Shown piece after piece: positions 40,400 through 52,298 of a stretch of DNA of 64,000 bases. The stretch lies in assembly GCF_009914755.1 (NCBI RefSeq), contig NC_060929.1; one strand, written 5' to 3'. Each line of letters begins with the position of its first letter. Positions within the stretch are counted from its first letter, which is position 1. The DNA is from the human T2T-CHM13v2.0 reference genome, Homo sapiens. The translations under genes were made by a program, and so were the position numbers. Below the pieces are notes generated by a model that saw only the letters and a list, made by a program, of their open reading frames with translations, was not told where the DNA came from and did no database searches.

Positions 40400-41990
40400 A
40401 CATAGTTATTGTTTTTGCTTTAAGCACTTGGTCTTCTAAAGAAATAAAAACATATAACCAAAACATAATGGAGCTGAAAGAAAAGCTTTTGTGTTCTATT
40501 TGGTACTATTTTCTTCAGTCTGAAGAATTTCTTTCTCCATTTTATATTGTGAAGGTCTTCTGGAGATAAGTTAGCTCAGTGTTTTTCTACCCCTGTAAGT
40601 ATTATTTTGGCTTCTTTTTTGAAGGCTATTTTTATAGGATAAAAAACTCTAGGTTGAGAGGTCTATTTTGTTCTGTTAGCAGTTTCAATGTCTTTTGTTG
40701 TCTTCTGTTATTTCTGATGAGAACTTATCCATTCTTTTGTTCACTTGTACACGTGTCTGTTTTTTCTCAGTACTTTTAAGCACTGTTCTTTATTGTTGGT
40801 ATTTAGCAATTGACAATGACAAGGGTTTTTGTTTGTTTGTTTGTTTGTTTTATGTATCCTGCTTGGATATGCTTGGAGCGACTTGGATCTTTTATTAATT
40901 TTAGAATGTTCTTAGCCATTATTTCACCAAATACTACTTTTGTTCCATTTTGTTTAACCTCTCCTGGGACTATTTGACATTATTCCACAGAGCTCAGATG
41001 CTCTTTGCTTTTTCTTTTTAACTCTTCATTTTCAATTTAGATATTTTCTATTGACTGTTTTAACTTTACTAGTAGCTTTCTCTGCTATGTCCAATCTGCT
41101 TCTAAGTCCATATATGAGTTCTTCAGTTCTAATGTTGTAATTTTCATTTCTAGCATTTCCATTTAGTTTGTTTTTTAAAATAGTTTTTGTATCTCTGCTA
41201 ATATGTCCCATTTCTTTATGAATGTTGTGCACCGTTTTGAATATATCTTTAATCATTTTTGCTATCTATATTTTAAAGTAGCTGTCTGATGATATCAATG
41301 TTTGGTCTATCTTTAGATCTGCTTCTATTGATGGTTTCAACTCTTGATAATGAATGCCATTTTCTTGACTTGTTGTGTGTCTTGTAATCTATAAGTGTAT
41401 TCCAGACACTTAATATAAGGAACAGGGAATCTAAAGTAGATATTTATCTTCAGAAAAATACTGCCCCATTTTCTGTCAGTCTACTAGAAATGAGTCAATC
41501 TGATCTGTGGCTTAGCTGAGTCTGGATTTTATTACAGCATTAGTTTGATTCAGTTCACAACTGGCTTGAAATATTTTGAGGGTGGGAGTATAACTTTCCC
41601 ATTAGCTGGGATGGAGATCTGAAGAGATCTGTCTGTGTTCACAGCCAAATCATCAGCTTTTAGAATTGTTGAAGATACCACTATAGTTTACTGCCAAGTT
41701 AAAAGATAATGGGGACACCAGAGAGTCTCTTTCTCTCCAGTCCTACCACCAATTAGTTTCTTTATCTCAGCAAATTGTTTGCAACCTTCCCCCACCCACT
41801 TCTCTATTCTTTAGAAAGACGGTGTCATACATTCATGAAGGTCCTCAATGCTTTGCAATGTCCTCTTAAGTCTCCTGCCCACCCTCAGTCTCTGATAGTT
41901 AAAGCCTGGAGTTCCTGGGCAGGGAAATGTTCTATGAGCTCTCCTGCCAGGCCTACAATCTTTTATATGTAATATTCTAGATTGCCACAA
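40400..41990 (-). mobile_element. Ancient L1M/HAL1-like ORF1 and 5' region remnant
   Basis: ORF 41032-41256 (GLRSRLDIAEK) is ORF1-like; T-rich antisense L1M pattern. Confidence 0.6.
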
Positions 41991-43415
41991 GGGGTTTTTC
42001 TTAGCTGCTTAACTAAGTATTATTCTAATAAAATGGTCCCAGATTCTTTATTTAAAGATAACATCACCCTAGCACTTCAGAGGAAATTTGGCTTTAAAAA
42101 TTATGCAATCATCACAAAGACAGCTTGACAATATACAGTTTAGTTGACATTATGGTTTTATTAGGTGGACTACAATGTATTGAAGTATTATTATTGAAAC
42201 AATCTATTGCTTAGATAGCTTTTTAGTCTATCTAAGAACTCTGTCACAAGGTAATTCTTAATTGTATTTTTTTGCTTCTTCATTGCTTACTAATGAAGCT
42301 TGGGAGCATCATGTGACTTCATTACTTCAGTTTTCTCAGTCTGTTCATATTCCATTCCAGGGAGAAATGTGAAAATTAATAACTCTCTAAAGTGCTTTGG
42401 AAACTTTAAAACAGATACTATGTAAATCTAAGTAGTCATTACCATAGATATTTTCTACCTTAAAGAATGTTTTTATAATTCAAAAAAAAATAGGCTTTTC
42501 AATTGTGTAGTATTCATCACCATGTAGAAGACTAGCTAATGACTCACAGAGCTAGCTTCTCAGTTTCTAAACAAAACACTAGTAAAATGCCCAGCTGGTT
42601 CACTTTAATTTTAAATGTAATGATATCTACACATGGGAGCTGGCATGCCGCTTTTAAAATTTTGGAAGGAAAATACAGTTAGAGAATTCCTGCTGGAGGT
42701 AATAGTCCACTTGAATCAATGCTAGTCTATGGAATTGCATTTATGATTAAGCCCCCATGCTAACTAATAGAAAAAGAGAAAATCTCTTGTGTCCTCGTGG
42801 AAAATGGAGTATAACTGGTGGACATAATGCATGATAAAGATCTGTTTTCTTTGAGGACAAAATTATGAGTGTTTGTTTCCCAGCACAGTAGAACCATTTA
42901 GAAGACTCATTTCCATGTTTGTGAGTATTCCAAGGATGAAAATCAAGCCCCAATCGGCATATCAATTACCGAGATAACTTAAAAATCTACTTTAGAGTTA
43001 GGACATTTAAAACTGTAATAGAAGTGAAGTAAAATTTCCAAAGTGTTCATGGTTGTTTGCCATCAAGTTCCAAAACTTGATGCAGTGGTTACTTGAACAG
43101 TATATGAAATATAGAGATAATAGTAACTCAACCTAAAAATCAGTGCTTGTGCTGTGTGGCAGGCCACTAGAGTGTCCATCTTCACCCTTGAAGCATCTTA
43201 CTAATCTTTGCCAATATCTTACTAAAATTTGCCAATAGAGAGGTTTCTTTTGTACTCTGCTGTATAGTAGTTTAAGGGAAAATTGGTACATTTTCAAAAG
43301 CAATACTAATCTTCCACAATTCTCAAAACTACATTTTATAGTTATGGGAACCTTAATGTTTTGTTATTTTATGAAAAAAATTTATTCATATTATCCAATT
43401 GAAAATATACTAGAT

Positions 43416-44105
43416 CAGAGGTCTCCCAGCTATTATTGTACACCTCTATTAGTAAAACGATGTTGAGAAAATCCCCCACTACATGAAAATTTATTTATTT
43501 ATAAATTTTATTCTTGTACAATTATTAACTAGTATCTAAAGGTGAAATATACGCTTGGGATTACAGCCATCTCTAATGATAATATGAGTAAACCTATACT
43601 CAAAACAGTCTTCTCAATAATTTTAATTTTGTCGGCTAACTGCTTGTCAGATCTTTTTCCGTTTTTTTTCTTGTGAATATTGGCTGAAATTGAGCTCACT
43701 TAGAAAGTAGTAGTGACAGGTCTGCCAATTTCTAGTTGTTTGCCTGTTTTGTATTATGAGTATAACCTTTAACCTTTAATGTGTGTTTTTCTCTGCCAGA
43801 ATCTCTTAAAGTCACTTGTACTTCTTAATGAGAAATGGTCTTTAAAGTGGGTCATATTAAGCTTTCCTTAACCAGACACACAGAAGCTGCAATATGCCAA
43901 TAATAGGCTGAATATTTGTATAGAATTTGTGACATATGACAGTGTGACATATGAACTGGGCCTCATTCAGTTTACCTGCTAAATATTAGAAGAAATAATT
44001 TATTTCATACTGTTAGACTTAAACACAGGGAAATTTTAATACTTTCCTTTTGTATTCCATCTTGCACACCCACTGGGTTGTGACCCCCTATTTGAAGCCC
44101 ACTGG
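43416..44105. mobile_element. MER113/Charlie-like hAT remnant
   Basis: cagaggtctccca..tgtacacctctattagtaaaa at the left end; catcttgcacacccactggg..cccctatttgaagcccactg at the right end. Confidence 0.5.
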
Positions 44106-44659
44106 CTTAAATGACTTATATTTGAAAATGGAAAAACAAACACGATGAAAGGAAAAAAAGAGCTATTTTTAATTCTCAAATACATCATGCTCCAAGTAAA
44201 AATCAAATTGAAAATCAAGAAAAGATAATAACACAGGCAAGGATCAAATTACATTAATTTCTGTTGGTCTTTATCTAAAAATACAAGACAGTTTATTTCT
44301 TAGAAAAGAAGGAGAGTAATATACGGTCGGGGGAGGTAATTCCAGGGGTATATAAGCAGCGTACAGCAGATTGATGTGTCTGGCAGGGCAAGTACATAAA
44401 AATGAATTTTTAAAAAAGAGAATAAGACTGGTAAGAGAAAAAAATGGTAAAAATCAGTATTAGAAACTCAGTGGAAATCAAAGTGTGGAAGGAGAGATGT
44501 ACTTTAATTACAGGTGAGTGTGTGTGCTTTTGTTGTCATGATGAGGTTGTAATAAAAGTGAAGGAAGGTATAATCTTCCTCAGATACTGCCTTTAGTATT
44601 TATATCACTATTAAGATCAAGTCATTATCGGTTGGCACATTTAGTTACAGTGACTTACT

Positions 44660-45376
44660 TCTTATCCTGTCTCCACTCCAGAAGCAAGTCCTTCTCCTCC
44701 TCTAAAGCTCAGAGCCACTTTTGTGCCATCCTACTCTGCTCTTCCCAGGCCCATAAAGACTCTAATTCTCAGTTGATCTCCGCCCTCTCAGGTATCTTCA
44801 AACCCTCCTCACAGCTTTCACCCTTATGCCTTCAAAAATGTCTAGTTCTTCGCTGTCTTAGAAAATGTTCTCCTGACCCAGCTGCCCTCTCTAGCTACTG
44901 CTGTAATTTTTTTCTCTTTTCAAACTTTTCAAATAAGCAGCCTATGTCTACTGCCTCCATTTCCTCTGACATACCCTGGAAACAGGCTTCTGCTCTCATC
45001 ACTTTTCAAAAAAAGAATTTCCCCTTGTTCTCATCCAACTATTACTTTGGCCTATTTACGGGTGTATTTGATAGCTGTCTCAGATCACATCTCACCCTCC
45101 CTCTCCTTCCCTGCTTTACCCCTAGTGTGGCCTTTTCCATTTCCTGCCTCTAATCCATACTTGCTTCATCCTGTCCAGGAGTTTCACTGCTCCATTGAGA
45201 CACCTCTCTGTTTATAATATTAATGCTTCCTACTTTAAGACACAGAACTTTTTAATTTCTCACCCTCACTTTTAAGTTTCTCGTATTTTCCCCATACCCA
45301 CTTTATCAAGTCATTATTTGTTGCAACAGAAGTCACTGAATAAATATTTTTTGAATAAATAAATGAATGAATGAAT
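44660..45376 (+). mobile_element. L2 remnant with 3' tail
   Basis: Pyrimidine-rich L2 body; tail gaataaatattttttgaataaataaatgaatgaatgaatg. Confidence 0.6.
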
Positions 45377-46945
45377 GGACATATATTCCATGCCCTGGTC
45401 AGATGGTATCCTAATTGTTCTATCATAACCATAGTTATCTCCTATCTTTATTATGTTGACAAACTATAGCCATTTGGTTTTGGTATGTAATCGAGTCACT
45501 ATACATATTTGAATGTGTCAAGCTGCTTAAGTTCATGTTAACAAGACAGGAAACTTTAAACTGCAGTATGTGATTACTAGTATTAATAATACAGAGTAGA
45601 GTTTCATTGAGCAGCTCTTCCTGGATACATTATCATGAAGACTGTAAGGGAAATTACTCTATAAGCATGTTTTCTTACTCTAAATTTTTCTATTACTAAA
45701 ACACAATAAACATGAAAAACGTTCATAAACATCTTCACTAGACAAAAGTTGTAAGAAACAGAATGTACTATTTAAAAGTTAGAAGTTAGGAGGCATCGGC
45801 ATTTGGGGATCATCTTGACTCCCTTCTACTCATTCCACCTATGATAAATTTAACTGGTTTTCTTGTGGGGCTGCTTGAAGCCTGGTGTGTGTTGAAGGCT
45901 TTCAATTAGCTAGCTAATATATTTAAGCTTTTCTCTAAGAGTGACATTCATGATTTTCTCTTTGCAACTGCTTGCCAATCGATACCAGCCGAGATGAACT
46001 CAAAGTCATGAATAAGGTGATTATGTGGCTTTTGTGCTCGCCTGCTTATGCCGCTCCCCTCCAGGGAAAACCTGACATGCCTGAGGTTCCTACATTCTTT
46101 GCCACATCGTATCCCTGAGTTTTGATTTGGCTGATTTACTACTGAATGAAAATCACAGAGACCTCTCTGCTTCCTCCCAACAGCCTATTCTTGTGGTAAG
46201 TCAGTTTAGCAGAATATGACATCTGTTGACAAGCTTTCCTTCTGCTTAGAGGCCCTAGTCAGCCAGTTTGGAAGCCAGTCTCAGTGATTTCATTTAAGGA
46301 ATTACTCCATGTAACAACAAAGTAAATGAATATAATACATGTCATATAATCATAAAAACAATTATATGATGTTTTATGTATATTATTTTCATTATTCTTC
46401 ACTTTTCAAATCCCTTTCTGTACCGGGAAGCCTTTTACAATTATAGTTCCAAACTTTTCTGATGTTTTTTGCCTCAAACTCTTACAAAATTTAAACATTT
46501 TCATAGAATCCTATAGTACATGTGTTATTGTTTTCTGTTTGTTGTCAATCACTTGTCCTTATTTGAGGGAAGGAGCCATATCTTTTCGTTTAAATCTCTA
46601 CCATATTGCACTTTGTGAAATATGTAGTAGTGAGTTAGCATTCATGTGTGCATTGACCAATTAATGTTGGCTGGAGTGGAAGTAGGAGGGAATGTGGAAA
46701 AAGAGATCAGAATAGTGGTGGAATGTATTAATAATTTCAAATTACAAGGGTCACTGTTCCAACCGAAACTTTTCTTTTTTCCTTCAACAAATATTTATTG
46801 ACCACCTACTATATGCAGACACTGCCCTAGATGCTTAGGATATGACACTGCACAAAACAGAGTAAGATTTCTGTTCCTAGGAAGCTTTCACTGAAGCAGA
46901 ATGAGATCGATAGTACACAATAAACATAACAAGAAAGTAAATTAG

Positions 46946-47245
<300 letters not shown>

Positions 47246-47883
47246 AGAAAATTAATGAAAGCTTATGGGGAAGAAAAGAAAAAAAAGGGGGGTAAATATT
47301 ATTGGGAAGTTGGTTGGGGGAGATTTGAGAGTAGGGAGGCCTCAAGAGTTTGGTAAAGACTTGAAATAGGAGAAAGAGTGTCATGCTAATATGGGTGTCT
47401 TCTGGGTACACATGGCATCAGTACACAGGCTGTAATCATGCCTGACATGTAAGTTCAAGGCCAATGTGATTGAAGCAGAGTGAGCAAGGGGGAGAAGAAT
47501 AGAGGAAGGGATCAGAGAACTAATAAGGTGTATGTGGTGTGTGCGTATGTTGGGGAAGGCTATCATGTGCGGTTTCATAGGTAACTGGAAAGAAACAGTT
47601 TTAGTCAAGTGAAGTGGAAAGCTGATGTTAATGTAAGATTTTGAGCACAGGAATAACACGATTTGACTTTTAGTTTAAAACATTCACTCTGGTTTATGTG
47701 AGAGCAATGTCAAAGAAAGGAGAACAATTAAGAGGCAATTGTAATAATATAGATGAGAGATGGGAGTGGCTTGAACCACAGCATTAGTGTAATATTATTT
47801 AGGTTTCCAATATGTAGTTTAGATTCTAGATATATTTGGAAGGTAGATTCAAGAGGATTTCCTAATAGATTAGACTTGAGATG

Positions 47884-48260
47884 TACCGTGGAATGAATTG
47901 TATCCCCCTAAAATTCACATGTGTCCTCCTAACCCCCAATGTGATGGCATGTGGACATAGGACATTTGGGAGATAGTTAGGGTTAGATGAGATCATGAAA
48001 ATGCAGCCCTCATGGTGGGATTGGTGCCCTTCGAAGAAGAGACACTACAGAGCTTGATCTCTTTCTCTCTGACTGCCATGTGAGGACACTGTGTGAAGAT
48101 GGCCTTGTGCAAGCCAGGAAGAGGGCCACCACCAGAACTCGACCATGCTGGTACCTTCATCTCAGACTTCCAGTCTCCAGATGTGCAAGAAGATAACTTT
48201 TTGTTGTTTAAGCCACCCAGTCTATGTTATCTTGTTATGGCAGTCCAGCCAACTAATATA
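47884..48260 (+). mobile_element. MLT1A0-type solo LTR
   Basis: cctaacccccaatgtgatgg, gccatgtgaggacac, gacttccagtctccag, tttaagccacccagtctatg. Confidence 0.85.
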
Positions 48261-49655
48261 GGGCATGAGAAAAGGGAGGAGACAAGGATAACTTCAGGGC
48301 TTTTGGTTGAGCAACTGGTAGGTTGTAGTCACCATTCAGTTAAGGCAGTGAAGACTGTAAGTAGAGCACACGTCAGAGGAAATGTTGGTAGTCAGCTTTG
48401 GGCACGTTAAATGTGAAATCTCTATCAGACATCCAAAGACATTGAGTAAATGACTGGATATACAAATCTGAAATTTTGATGTGAGATTGGAACTGGAAAA
48501 TAATTACGGCCTTTTAAACTACAGTGGCCAATAGCAACCTACTCTTCAACTACAAAGTAGTTACACGGTATTATGATAGCTCAGTGTCTATGCTAATCTG
48601 AGTGAAATCATCAAAGTTGTGATCATATTGTAAGTCAGCTATGGGCCCACTTCCATCAACTTCTACTTAAATTCTGAATATCTGTTAAATGGGAAAATCT
48701 GCTTCTTATAATGACCTCCATTCTCCAGTTTGGATTTTTCTCCACATCAATTGGTATCAAAGAATGAACCATGATAAAAGGATATTTCCCTGCAATTAAG
48801 AGTTCTGGGCCCTATGGGATTAATTTGGATGAAAAACAGCACTCTGTCTCTCCTTTATAGGTGTTCTTGAGGGATAGTCAGAAGTTTGCATTCATAATTG
48901 TATACTAGTATCTTAGATCTACAGCTATCGGATTTGTCTTGTGTATAACAAATGTATGTCTTCACAGACAATGCCTTAAATGCTAGTTTACTACAATTGA
49001 ATCAGTTTGCAAAAGTGAAACGTTGTCATTCACAAATATGGGAATAAAACTTACTGATGGATTTTTTCAGCTGATTTTTCTGAAGTGTACTTATTCACAT
49101 TACCAGCTTAAAGACGGTGCTTGTACTAAATTTAGTAGACTTGTGCTAATTCTTAGGTACCTTTAGCCTCATAGAATAACACAAGACAACAAACTCTAGT
49201 ATAAAGTTTGTATTGCCAAAAATTTTGATTATCTACACAACGTAGGAGGTTTGAAATAAAATTATTTTCTAAATAATTAGGAGCTATATAAAATGTTCCT
49301 AGATAATAATAAAGAAACATCACTGTCCTGGATAGGAAAATAAGTAGGAAACTACAATTGCTTATTCATAAGACTAACGTCAGGAATCAAATGCTGAATT
49401 TGGTGACACGCAAAGGCTGTTTGCCTCGAAACCAACCTAATATTTTAAGAAGAGCACTCTGAAAATCTTGTCATAAGCATGCTCAGTCTAAGGACTATAA
49501 AATTTTTCTGAATTTCAGTTTTTCTGTCTGCAAAATAAGACTTATAACACCATTTGTCCAGAAAGGTGGTAGTGAAAAATGTAGGTTGTGTTACAGAACC
49601 TGGTAAAAATAGTTCTCTAAAGTATCATGCAACTCCAAACTAAAGAGTTATTTTA

Positions 49656-50001
<346 letters not shown>

Positions 50002-50498
50002 TCAATAGAATAAACTGAATTCCTATATCAGGAAACTCAGATAAGTAGCCTGTCAATAATTCTACTCATGCATATAACACTTGTCTCTGTAAAACTTGAT
50101 ACTTATGCACGTAGACATCTAAGACATTCCTTTTAGCAATGTAAAAGTTGTTTCATGACCAACTCATTGGCCTTCACCCACCTGATTCTGCAGAGCATAT
50201 ATTTTAAGAGGAAGAGGCACAAGAATTTCAAAATATATAACCTTACTGAGCTAAATTCTGTGCTGACATGGAAACCTTTGACTATAATTATTCTAACAAT
50301 AGCATCAGGTTACCAACTCCCTCACCAGGCGAAGTCAAAAGCTTCCCCTGAAAAGGCAAAGGTTTCTCAGTGAACACTAGGCAACGTGGTTCATAAAAAT
50401 TCATTATATTGCCCTTCTTTTCCTGTAGTAAGACAGATGTAAAATCAGGAATTTTCCCAGTAGATCCTTCTCATAGCATTTAGAAAATGAACTTGGAA

Positions 50499-50542
50499 AC
50501 ACACACACACATAAACACACACACACACACACACACACACAC
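50499..50542 (+). repeat. Interrupted (AC)n microsatellite
   Basis: Seen directly. Confidence 0.9.
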
Positions 50543-51986
50543 TGACAGAATGCATTGAACTCGATAAGAGAGTTGTAGGTAAAGCATGTGACATGCCACA
50601 GATAAAAGGTGCCATGCATTCAACAACAGCATCTTTTAATGCAAAGGATCACCATATGCACGTGCTAGGAACTTGCACTGCTCACATAGTTATGGGAAAT
50701 GCGGGTGGAATGTCAAACATGTAGAGAATAGGCCTATAATTATTCCCGAAACTTCAGGAAATAAACATTCACTTTCAAGAAATTGTTTTCAGCTGCTTTA
50801 AAGCCAAGTGACAGCTAAATTACAGTTCAGGGAAGGAAAAGTTTCCATTTTCTAATTTGATGCATTTGGTTGCATCGTTCTACATTATCCAGAGTCAGGG
50901 CTGCCATATCCTGTCATGCTTCAAACCGTGGGCTGAAAGCTCCAGGCAGCTGAAAGAGCTGTCTGTCCAGACACACAGTGTGCTCAGTGTGCCATAAGGA
51001 AAGCGTTTGGGGACTTGGAGCAAGTCTTTTGGTTAACAATCCTCAGATTTCCACCAGTGCTTTTGACTGTACATGCTGCGGCTGCTCCTTCTGCATCTCC
51101 TTTGTGCCAGCCTGTGATGTGTTTATGGAAACTCTGCTGGCCTTGCCTGGAAACAGCCCCAAACCCATTCTTCTATGGTTTTCCTGGGAAAGAAGGATGG
51201 AAAGGTAGACAGAAGAGATGGTGGGAGTCAAAACAGAAAGTCTTAGGTGCTCACAAGTTGACCAGTAACTGTCAGGAAAATAAATAACATGCCGATATCT
51301 GACAGTATAAGAAGAAAGAAAGGAAATTAAGTTTTTATTAAAACAGATAACAGAAATGTTATCAGTCAGGCAGTTTCCTATTGCCTGCTGGGTCTAGTAA
51401 TGAGGATTCCCAGTTCTGTAAAGGATAAGCTGTCAGAAAAGGCCTATGGATGCACAGTAAGAGTTTCATCGAAGCTTCATTCCACTGCAGATCTTACTCT
51501 TATGAAACATTTATTTAAAATACTCTAAACAATTAATATGAAAATTAAAAAAATTATATATACTTTGCTTAACTTGGGGCCTTCAGCTAGATTTTTCTGC
51601 TTTAAGTCCTAGAGCATGATGAATTAGAAACATGTATTCAAAAGGAAAAATATTTCATATAACAAATTTATACACAAAAGAATGAAGCTAAAAGTTCTGG
51701 CTGAGATTAATGTTTATTACAAGAAATTCAATTCAAAGTACTATTTCCCTGATTTCTTCTCATTAGGACTTATGTATCCATTTATTATGATATTGAGCAA
51801 CTCAAAAAGAGAAAAACACATCAAAAAATTGAAAGTTATATTAAAGTTAAAAAAAAAAAGAAAAAAACCCTGACAATCTCTCCTATAAGATCAGTTCACG
51901 TTGCCTGTCAAAGTTTGCTAAACAATCAACTTGTTGAATTAGGCAATGTTTTCACCCCATATGATACCCACACCTCAAAAAGCTTT

Positions 51987-52298
51987 TATTTATTTTATTT
52001 TTATTTATTTATTATTTTTTTTGAGACTGAGTTTTGCTCCTGTTGCCCAGGTGTAGTGGCGTGACCTCATCTCACTGTAACCGCTGCCTCCTGGATTCAA
52101 GAGATTCTCCTGTCTCAGCCTCCTCAGTAGCTGGGATTACTGGCATGTGCCACTACGCCCAGCCAATTTTTTGTGTTTTTAGTAGAGACAGGGTTTCATT
52201 ATGTTGGCCAGGCTGGTCTCGAACTCCTGACCTCAGGTCATCCACCTGCCTCAGCCTCCCAAAGTGCAGATTACAGGCGTGAGCCACTACACCCGGCC
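51987..52298 (-). mobile_element. AluSp/Sq-like
   Basis: gagttttgctcctgttgccc, gaactcctgacctcagg; degenerate TSD tcaaaaagcttt / tcaaaacccttt. Confidence 0.9.

Noticed and set aside
42210-42236. 9-bp inverted repeat cttagatag/ctatctaag
   Set aside because: Short AT-rich stem expected by chance in 64 kb
43928-43954. 12-bp direct repeat tgtgacatatga with period 15
   Set aside because: Small slippage duplication inside a probable old DNA transposon; no functional hint
44500-44519. Recursive splice site (YAG/GTGAGT)
   Set aside because: The upstream pyrimidine tract is poor (actttaatta); better read as an ordinary donor
44632-45153. 173-aa ORF
   Set aside because: Non-ATG start, lies in a pyrimidine-rich L2 remnant, Ser/Leu/Phe-biased with no domain
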